A DNA stretch of 64,000 nt from Lytechinus pictus (Eukaryota), in the NCBI RefSeq assembly GCF_037042905.1, contig NC_087251.1, forward strand, positions 16,680,001 to 16,744,000, given 5' to 3'. Below the pieces are notes generated by a model. The model saw nothing but the letters and a program-made list of their open reading frames with translations. It searched no databases and was not told the DNA's origin. The position numbers and the translations under genes are program-made. Of this stretch, positions 13,801-25,300 are shown one piece after another (position 1 is the stretch's first letter; each line of letters opens with the position of its first letter).

Positions 13801-16800
13801 TTTTGAACCTGCCTCGTCTTTTTGTATCCAGTGTGATTATAACATTAATGAAGAATTCTTGTTTCAGATTAGTTCTGTCTTCATAACATTTGTTAACCCC
13901 ATGTTTTCTTTAGAAAGAAACATTTCTGTATAGATTTGACATACTGTATTTTTTTCCTGCATGTCAACCCCTTTGCTATACCATAGCAATTTCTATTAAA
14001 GTTTGTCTTTATATTTACATTTGAATTTTAATTCAAATCTTCCATCAGTACTCTTTGTTTCATGTTTGCATTCATGTCTTCATTCATTCTATCCTAGACA
14101 AGACAGATCCAAGCATTGCCAGGAAGATCAGGCATCCTTGGTGAGCAGAGGAACAACTTTTTTGTCAGTGTAGCCTGCGGGAAGGGAGAGAATAGCGACA
14201 AAGTTTATGCCATCACACGGTCAGGGTTCCTCTGTGAACTTAATAGCAAGAGACTTCTTGATAAGTGGGTCGAATTGAGAGTGAGTAACAATTCATTCTT
14301 TAAGAATAGTTTGGATTTTCAAAGTTCTAAATAATTTCAATGTTGTTATTGTGAAATCAGAAAGAATATAAAGTTTTGAAGAAATTCTATGCATTGACTT
14401 GAAAAATAATCCCTTTATGATATTTCTAACTTAATACAGTACAAGAATATTGAGGATTCAGAATATGTCACTGCAAGAACTCAATCTTCCAATTAGATTG
14501 ATTTTTAATTTTGTTTTAGTTTTTACATTGAAAATGCTGTTGAACTTGTCATAATAAATGAGTGAAAATGTCAAATTAGGAAGTAAGATCTTAAGTTTTA
14601 TTAATAAAAAACTTGAAGATATATAGTATTTAATATTTTTTTTTAAAACACAATATATTATATTTTAATGCATTATCGAGAGCAAGTACTGCCTCTGGGT
14701 GATTTATGTCATTCACTTCCATCTCTTGATCATTTCTCACTTCCGTAATCCAGACAACCGGTGCTCATTCCATAACTGCTGATGAGGAATTTATCTTTGT
14801 TGCTTGTGATGGTGGAATCATTCGTCTATTCAATGCCTCTACACTCCACTTCATTGCTACGCTTCCTAAACCTCACTATCTTGGTGTTAACGTTAGTGCT
14901 GGGATTGATGCTAGGTAAGTAAATTTAAATGACATGGATGAATAAGAAATATATCAGCACTTGGGACATATGAATCATAGTATTTGAAATGTCTTGCCTT
15001 ACCCCATAACTCTTTGTGTGATAATGGGTGATAAATGGACAACTTGTTAAGATGTATTATATCAATGAAAGTGACATCGATTCATTAATAATATGTATTG
15101 GAAGTTAGAGGGCCTTGTTTGATAAAGCTCAATATAAACCCAAGTGAATTGATCATTTACCAAATTTGTGCAGTAGTCCAATATTTGACAGTTGAGTAAC
15201 AAGCAATTGAATTGAATTGAATATTAAAGGCTTGCTGGGTCAATTTTAATGATGTTAACACATATTTCAGATCATGTATATATTATATTTACTGGATGCA
15301 AGCCAGAAATGTGTTGTAAAGGTCAAGTCCACCCAGAAAAATGTTGATTTGAATAAATAGAAAAAAATCAAACTAGCAGAACGCTGAAAATTTCATCAAA
15401 ATCGGATGTAGAATAAGAAAGTTATGACATTTTAAAGTTTCGCTTATTTTTCACAAAACAGTGATATGCACAACTCAGTGACATGCAAATGAGACAGCCG
15501 ATGATGTCCCTCACTCACAATTTCTTTTGTTTTTTATTGTTTGAATTATACATTATTTCATTTTTTTACAGATTTGTCAATAAGGATCAACTTGACTAAA
15601 CCATATAGTATTAAACAATGCTAATTCCACATGTTCAGGGAGGAATTAATCATTGTTTCACTTGACAATGAGGGGAAAATTAGAATATTTCCTATTTCAA
15701 GTAATAAAATACAAAAGAAATAGTGAGTGGATGACATCATCAGTCTCCTCATTTGTATACCGACCAGGATGTGCATATAACTATTTTTTGAAATTACGCG
15801 AAACTTTTAATTGTCATAATTTCTTATTTTACATCCGATTTTGATGAAATTTTCAGTGTTATGCTTGTTGGATTTTTCTCTTTTTATTCAAATCAATTTT
15901 TTGTTGGGGTGGACTTGTCCTTTAAAAGCATTCAAATGCATCATTTGTTTTCATCATGTGTGAAGTTAAAGTTTCATTTCATATTTTCTTACAGTCACAT
16001 GTCAAGTCATCGAGACAATGCCCAGTACCCAGATGCTTTAGCTCTCATGTTTGATAGTGTAAATAAAAAGGTAAGAATATTATTAGTCTTTATCTTAATG
16101 CTATGTTTGTTCATTCTAGTTTAGTTAAGCTTTTGTGCAGTGTGCTGGTTTTAACCAACAGAGTACCGGAATAATGATTCAAATATCTGTCAGAAATATT
16201 TAAGAACTTACTGAAAAATTTAACATATTGATTTATACTTTATATTGTTTGGTATCTTTGTACTTCATTTTTGTCTCACCTGCATAGCAGAGTGAGACTA
16301 TAGGCGCCGCTTTTCCGACGGCGACGGCGGCGGCGGCGTCAACACCAAATCTTAACCTGAGGTTAAGTTTTTGAAATGACAGCATAACTTAGAAAGTATA
16401 TGGACCTAGTTCATGAAACTTGGCCATAAGGTTAATCAAGTATTACTGAACATCCTGCCTGAGTTTCATGTCACATGACCAAGGTCAAAGGTCATTTAGG
16501 GTCAATGAACTTAGACCATGTTGGGGGAATCAACATCAAAATCTTAACCTAAGGTTAAGTTTTTGAAATGTCATCATAACTTAGAAAATATATGGACCTA
16601 GTTCATGAAACTTATACATAAGGTTAATCAAGTATCACTGAACATCCTGCATGAGTTTCACATCACATGACCAAGGTCAAAGGTCATTTAGGGTCAATGA
16701 ACTTTGGCCGAATTGGGGGTATCTGTTGAATTACCATCATAACTTTGAAAGTTTATGGATCTGATTCATGAAACTTGGACATAATAGTAATCAAGTATTA

Positions 16801-19800
16801 CTGAACATCCTGTGCAAGTTTCAGGTCACATGATCAAGGTCAAAGGTCATTTAGGGTCAATGAACTTTGGCCAAATTGGGGTATTTGTTGAATTACAGCC
16901 ATAAATTTGAAAGTGTGTTGGTCTAGTTCATAAAACTTGGACATAATAGTAATCAAGTATCACTGAACATCCTGTGCGAGTTTCAGGTCACATGATCAAG
17001 GTCAAAGGTCAAAGAACTTTGGCCACGTTGGGGGTATTTGTTGAATTGCCATCATATCTCTATAAGTGTATTGGTCTAGTTCATAAAACGTGGAAATAAG
17101 AGTAACCAAGTATCACTGAGCGAGTTATAGTAGTTTTCAAAATCAGCACTGCTGCTATATTGAATCGCGTGATGCAGGTGAGACGGCCAGAGGCATTCCA
17201 CTTGTTATATTTTAAGTCAATAATTTAGCATACAGATATTTTCCAATTATTGTTCTTACGTATTCTGCCCAGTCACTAGATATTGTTCACAACTTTGGTA
17301 TTGTTTTCATGTGCAACAATGGTAGTATACAAAAGAGGGAAGTGTTGTGGTTGTAGACTCATAAAAGTTAGTAAAAATAAAACCACTGCAAAAATTTGAG
17401 CAGCACTATATGGCTATCTTGCTATGAATGTATCTTGAATCTTGTCATTTCCTTGCACAGCTTACATGTGTATACAACGACCACAGCCTCTACATCTGGG
17501 ACATCCATGATGTGAAGAAGATCGGCAAGCAGTATTCCTTCCTCTACCACTCGGCTTGCATCTTTGGGGTGGAGACGTACCCGGAGCTGAGCGATGGAAG
17601 CAGAGCAGCCCTCCCTGCCGGCTCCTTCTTCACCTGCTCCTCAGATGGGACGATCAGGATCTGGAACATGGATCCCACCATGAACACCACCGTCCTCAAA
17701 AGAAATATATACAGCCATGTGAGTTGGGAGCAAATGTCAAGGGTCATGATGATGTGGTTAAATTACTTCAATGAGTAGATTTATCTACCTGTTATGCTAG
17801 ATTTTCCAAACCTGACCAACATATATTCCACTCGTGCCCATCTACTGACTACTCCCCCATGGCACCTTGTGTCTTAGTTTTATGGTTAATTTTGTTTGAA
17901 GTGAAAATATGGATAGAAAGTTCAAACTTTGGTCCATGTTTGTACCTATGAATATTTGCATAAGACATTTAATTGATGAATCATTGAAGGAATGTTGTGC
18001 ATTGCTCAGGAAAGTTGAAGAATATAGAAAATCCTCAAATGAAAAATCATCTTTGAAATATATTTTTCGTGTTTAAATTACAATGCAAAAATTGAAGCCA
18101 ATGACAGTTTTACATCTACCTCCTGATGCTGCCTTAGCTCACCAAGTTGATCCACTCAAAGGTTTGACTTCACTTCACCACAATGTAACATTATCTCTTT
18201 TGATTATAGGAATTATTAAAGGTGCTCTATGTTGGTGAGGATTCCTTAGAGAATCTACAAGACAGGGACATCCACACCTCAGCACAAGGGGATAAGACAG
18301 ACATGGAGAAGGGCAAGACTGGGATCAGATGTATGAGGGTCAGCCCTGATGGACAGATGCTTGCTTCAGGTGACAGGTAAATGGTCAAAGGGGTGACTCT
18401 TGAAATTCATTATCAATTGATAGCAAATTTGCAATTGACAGATGAATCTTTACTAATGCAGATCAAGATGTACTTCAGTTTGAAAGAGATAGATCAACTA
18501 TTGATGTTGATTTTGAACTTGAAATTAATTCCAAGGACAGTGTTTATGTAGATAGAGCAAGTTGTTCCTATTATACTACGTGTATGTTACGGTATGGTTC
18601 GGCTATTGGGGTACTGTTTCATTAAGCCGTTTGTAGAGTTACACATGACTTTGTGAATGAATGGGACAAGTGTTAAATCAGATTCTATATCACTTTGATT
18701 CCCTTCAGCTAAAGTTGAATATGATCTTTGTAGATTACAATTATTTGTTATTCTGAATGCAACTTTATATGTATGAAATTTATTTAGGTTATAGTAAATA
18801 AAGTCCAACTTTAATTTGAAAAAAGCAGGCAAAATTTAGCATCAGAACATTTGTCAGTCTTCTGGAACATTCCTGAGGTATGGGTATTGCATTTTTGCAT
18901 ATGGAGGTAAAAAATAACATTTTATTCATCTCATGAAACAGATTTAGTTATTGTAAAAGGTTTTTTTTAGTTGTTTGAAATAACTCAAACCATGATATAT
19001 ACATGTATATAAAAAATTACAACTATCAACAGGGAATATGATTGATTATTATATCTTCTTTTTAACTGCTCACTCTTTATCTTGCTCTCTATCATGTTTT
19101 TCTTACATCGTTAGATCTGGTAATGTAAGAGTCCATGACCTGCAGTTTTGGGATCAGCTTCATGAGATAGAAGCTCATGATTCTGAGGTTCTCTGTTTGG
19201 AATACACACAACCAAACACTGGTAAGAACCACCACCTCTTTAAATAATTATAATGAGAATAATCATAGTAATAAGAATTGTCATAATAATGATAATAATG
19301 ATGACGATGATGATGATGATGGTGGTGGTGGTTGTGGTGGTGGTGATGATGATAGTGGATTCGTACTAGTGTGATTGTATTTTCATACCTTAATGCGAAT
19401 TTAATAAGCGTGCACCTAAAAAAAAAGGTTCATTGTATTGTATTTTTTTGTTGCTTCCACAGGGTATAATCTTCTAGCCTCAGCAAGTAGAGACAGACTG
19501 ATTCATGTATTTGACATGGACAAGAATTGTTCCTTGGTGCAAACATTAGATGACCATTCGTCTTCTATTACATCGGTCAAGTTCAATCGTAAGTGAAATA
19601 AGCTGTGAATATTAGTATATTTAGACAAGCCATGCACTTGCATCGAAATATTTTAGTTAGAAACCAATCTAGTTTGCGTAAGACCTCAGAAAATAAATTG
19701 TTATAAGTTTACCGAACTATCAACTGTAATTGTTATGGGTTTTTTAAAGCAAAATTAGGCATTATGAATTTTCTTAATAAATTACTATTTTGAAAAATGT

Positions 19801-22301
19801 GTAAAAAATTGTCTCCATATGACTTTATTTCATAAAATGGACACAAGAGGAGGCAATTGAATGAATGTAAATTCAGGTAACTACTGTAAGGTCAAATGTC
19901 GCTTGTGGTCTATTTTAGAAAATATAGTTTGTGATGAAAATAATATTTTTTTTTAAATAGTGGATTACAATTTCTAATTGCCAGTGGTTGGCAGGTCTGG
20001 ACTTTTAAGGCTGTGTTGACAAATTTCTATTTTGTTGGAAATGTCTCGCTATTTTTGTCATTTTTATTCCTTTTTTTTGTTGGGGGGGGGGTGTTGAACA
20101 AGGCAGCTTTGGGTTTGATGCTATTATATAGATTTTGCTACAAAAATTGGGGATTACCTTTGAGCTAAACCTTCTTTGCGGATATAGATTGTACTATTGC
20201 TTCCGAAAATCAATATTCCTCCTATCTAGGACATGGAGAGCAGCTACAGATGATCAGCTGTGGAGCAGACAAGGCCCTCATGTTCAGGATAGCAGTGTAT
20301 AATCCTGATCTTCAGTTTGTCCGCAACCACCATGTAGTCAACAAGACAACGCTCTATGATCTAGCCATTGACACAACACAGAAGTACATCACTACAGCAT
20401 GCCAAGACAGGAATCTCAGGTAGGGTGTCTGCAAGAAATGGGGGAAAGGGAAAATGTGAATAGGTAGGGATTATGTATTTGAAATCAGTGTGGAAGGATT
20501 ATCATATTTCATGAAGTGGAAGGATTATCATATTTCATGAAGTGGAAGGATTATCATATTTCATGAAGTGATATGATGCAACAGTTCATCAGCTCGGTTA
20601 GAACCAAACAATAAACAAACAAGGTTTGAAGATGTCCTTCCTCCTTTTTATGTTGTGCCATGCATTGAAAGGAGACTGCAGGTTCAGATATTCCAGCACT
20701 GCAGGTACAACTGAACAGGCATCATACATATTCTACGTAAGACCTATAAGCAATTGCTGTACTGCTTGTTTTAGTAACTTTCTGTATTGAAAGAAATGGA
20801 AAGATGCTACATTAACAAGCTCCCAATTCTTCACAGAGGCACACAGCATGTACATGAATCTAATCACTACCTACTTTAGATAATTTTATCTGTTCTTGGA
20901 AAAAAAAATGTTACTAGATTTGATGGATTTTGGTCATTTGGTAAACCACATATATGATTTATTTTGTGTCAATATAGGATATACAATATAACAAGTGGGA
21001 AGCTGAAGAGAACTTACAAGGGAGCCCAGAGTGATGAGGGAACCTTGATCAGGGTGGAGCTGGACCCGTCTGGGATCTATGCAGCAACCAGCTGTTCAGA
21101 CAAGAGTCTAAGCATCTATGACTTCTACTCTGGGGAGTGTGTGGCTACCATGATGGGTCATTCAGGTAAGAATACCTTCTGTATCTAGCTTGTAGATTGT
21201 GAAGGATGCTGTTTATAGGTTAATTGGAAGACATTGGCTAAGTTAGAGATGGACCTGTCTGGGATCTACACAGCAACCATCTGTTCAGACAAGAGTCTAA
21301 CAGGGATGCCACTTTTCCGTATTTATACGGAATTCCGGCTTTTTTCCTGCTATCTGTCTTATTTCCATATTTCCGACTTTTCCTGTTTTCTGTGTATTAA
21401 AAAAAACGAAAGTCCTCCTTTTTTCCCCCCTATTTCTTCCGATTGCGATGCATGTCGATCGACCGAGTGAGAGATATTTCCCCGAGATATTTGCTTTTAT
21501 ACAGTACATAAATTATAAACGCACGCACTGCCTACTACGTTCATTGATTTATGCTTTTATCAAGGCTTTCTGATTAGAATTATCGATATCCTGGCCAATC
21601 AATGCGAGCGACAAATTCCAAACGCACGCTCATAGACAAGCACAAAGTAGCGGCACGAATCACGGTATAATAGCGACTGGTAAATACGTCTGTACAGATG
21701 ATGACGTCATCCAAGATGGCAACTTACGATGACCAACGAAGGAATCGAGGATGACTAAGTTTTGATCATCATTTGAAAGGAATTAGCGGTAACTGCGGTC
21801 TAAGGTACGATGTTTCTGAATTTTTATATATTTTCTCGTAAGTTTGGATGTAATTGTCTTTTTGAAATGTGACATTTTATGTACCAAAAACGATCCGAAA
21901 ATCGGGTTTCCGCCGAATGTTAGATCTAACGTTACTGCTGCATGCTGATACGGATCCCAGGGAGCTCCGGCCCGGAAAGCGGGCCGGAGCTCCTTGGGTT
22001 ACGTATCAGCTAGCCCCGGCCCGGAGCTCCCTGGGTTAGCTGATACGTAGTCTTTATGTACGGGCCAACAACTCTTCAGTCTAACTATTGGTGAGTGGAG
22101 CCAACGCGGTTCAGCTGAACAACCAAAATACAGAGACTGAAGCTTTGGTCTAGCGTTCTATGAGAAACACACAACTAACTACCGTCAGTTTTTCAAACCT
22201 AATTGACTTCAAAGTCATCGATCACAAGAAGGTAAGAAACCACTTGGTCCTCCCCCCTCCCCTAAATTTGAGGTGGGGGCGGACCCCCCCCCCCCTCCTA
22301 A

Positions 22302-22337
<36 letters not shown>

Positions 22338-25300
22338 TGTCCAATTTTTTACCTGTGACATGTGTCCATCCCAAAATTAAAGGTGGACCCCCCTAAAAAA
22401 AAAAATTCTTGGACACTATCCCGGCCCGCGATAAGTTTCAGTATTTTTGGAGGACACCTAGTGGCATCCCTGGTCTAAGCATCTATGACTTCTACTCTGG
22501 GGAGTGTGTGGCTACCATGATGGGCCATTCAGGTAAGAATACCTTCTGTATCTAGCTTGTAGATTGTGAAGGATGCTGTTTATGGGTTAATTGGAAGACA
22601 TTGGCTAGGGTAGAGATGGACCTGTCTGGGATCTACACAGCAACCATCTGTTCGGACAAGAGTCCAGGCATCTATGACTCCTACTCTGGAGAGTGTGTGG
22701 CCACCATGATGTGCCATTCAGGTAAGAATGCATTCATCACAAGTTTGTTTTTATTGCCTATGGGTAAGTACATAGACCTTGATCTCAGTAAAGCTGTTCT
22801 AAGAAGTGTTTTAGCATGTATTACTTCCAATGACTGAGTACCAGCAGTGATGGTTCATGTAAGTGAAATATGTTAGATTTAGCTAGGGATGATGTTAGCT
22901 ACATCACTTAGACTTGCAAATTGTTTTGTAGACTCATGTTTATTGTGTGTGATTCTTGTAAATTTGTTTCAACTGTCTTTATAGGAACGAAAAAGGTTTA
23001 TTTTTAAAGATGGTGTTATTTGCTCAGTAATCCATTTAGGATAGAAATCGTTCCACTCTGGAAGTACACAGCCACAAGCTTTCTTTAAAAAGAATGATAT
23101 TTAAATCTCCTCAAGGAAGTGTACTCTAACACGATTGGACAGCCAGGTCAGACCGTTCTGTGCCTCTCAATTGTGTTCTATAAATAGGACAAGAGTTTTC
23201 CCAGTTTAAAGATCATCTCTATGATCTATCGAAAGTAATAATTGATACTGATTGGTTTGGACATATCTTGGGCAGATAATCAATCCTTGGCTTTGTGTAA
23301 ATATCTCCTTGCTTCATTTCCTGGCACATGTCAAGGAAACACGACCCGATAAGAGAGGAAATTAGATGGAGATCCTGTTTGTAGGACATCAACAATGCAT
23401 GCAGAGCCTCTACAATATTCCTACTTTCTTTGCCATTGCTGGAACAGTTCCATCTGTATGATATCTAACAACTTTGCATCCACAGGACAGCAACTACCTT
23501 TTTATACAAACTATTCAATGCTAGCAAAGATTCCATGTGTTGTGTTATCTAAATATGTTGCATCTGTAGGATGATAAATTCCTTTTCCTACAATAATTGG
23601 TAAGAAAGGCTTCACTCGTCATTGTATCTAACTGTTTTGCATCTATTGGACGACCACTAAATGTTCCTGTATCTTTACCATTGCTGGTACAAATTCCACT
23701 CATCATGTTATCTAGCTACTTTGGGTCTATTGGACAACCACTACATTTTCTTACGGCTTTGTCATTGCTTGGAAAGATAACACTCATTGTGTCATCTAAC
23801 TACTTTGCATAGGACAGCAACTGCCTTTTCCTGCAGTGTTTGTAATTGCTTGTAAAGATTTCAATCACTGTGTTATTGATAGGATGACAACTTCCTTTTT
23901 GTACAGTCTCTGTCATTGCTAGGAAAGGTTTCAATCTGAGTGTCATCGAACTACATTGCATCTGTAGGACAACAATGACCTACACAAATTAGCAAACCTT
24001 CGCATTTCACTCGCCATTGATGAGATAACCTTCGATCAGATAATGACATGATCATTCCTTTGTATAAAGCACCGACCGTCAATATATCTACAAACATCTG
24101 CACCTCGTTTTGTTCTTCGTCTGTAACAAGATAATGTTCTGTGAGTAAAACGGTTGTTTTTTACTTTGCATTTGAATGTAGAGATTTAGGCTATATCTAT
24201 CATGAACCCTTGGAGTTATTAAGCTTTTTGTCTTCGCTTTGATATGTTTTCAGTCTGGTTACTCCATAAGCTCTATGACTTGTACCATTTCTATATTATA
24301 TTTCACAGAGTTGGTAACAGGAATCAAGTTTACCAGTGATTGTAAGCAGCTGATATCGGTGGCTGGTGATGGGTAAGTAAAACCCCTTCTCCATTCTGCT
24401 GCTTCCCGCTGGATAAAGTTATATTAATCTTTTGAACCACTTATGGTTCAAGATTTTCCACATTTCTTTTTATGTGGAAAAATAAGATAAGGGAATGTGA
24501 AGCTACCTCTCTTCTCTCTTTGTATTTAATAAGCATTTTCTCTTTTTATGTATATTTGTAACACCTTAAATATTTTGCTTGAATATATTTACATATTTTT
24601 TTTTACTTATCATATTTTGTACAAGGCAATTGCTTCTTTTCTTAACCCCCCCCCTTTGATCTTGTTTTTTCCAAAATAATATTTCTTTTATCCAATTCAA
24701 TCTGTTTTAAGTTAAGTTATAGACAAAGTTGCAGATGATTCATTTTAGCTTAAATTTCTATTGAACAATTACAAAGTTTTAATTGATCTTACCAGGCGCG
24801 TTTCTTTTCATTTCAGCAGTACAACAAAATCTATTTCACTCGTTTTTTCCCAGTTGTATTTTTATTTGGAAGCTACCGTGGGAGCTCACTCATAATATGA
24901 AGGAGAGATTGAAAGAGATGGGAGAGAAAGTTATTGAACCACCGCCAGAATACAACATGCTCAGGTAAAGCCATCTTTCGAATTCTCGTAATCTAAAAAA
25001 ATCTTTTGTCTGATAAAAGAGTGGTAATTTAGGTTTATGTTTCAATATAGATATTAAACGATTCTCTGATATGTCTGAACAGAAATATGAGGAAGTATAT
25101 CGAATCATCATCACTGTCATCATCGCAATTAGATAAAGGTCTAACTGACAGCATCATATGTTTAAAATCTTAGTTTATAATTTGCAAGACCATTCCTATA
25201 TTAAAGGTGAGCACTCCTACACTTTGTGTTTGCTGACGAATAATGCTCAAACACCAGTGTTTGTTAAGCACTCTCAGCTTAATATTTTTATACAAAGTTT

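Noticed and set aside
16340..17100. Regularly spaced repeats resembling a CRISPR array
   Set aside because: The intervening sequences are homologous to each other, the context is eukaryotic and there are no cas genes.
23380..23985. 84-bp period suggesting a C2H2 zinc-finger or 28-aa LRR pseudogene
   Set aside because: No CxxC/HxxxH/TGEKP or LxxLxLxxN pattern in the frames read; stops and indels present, so treated as a minisatellite.
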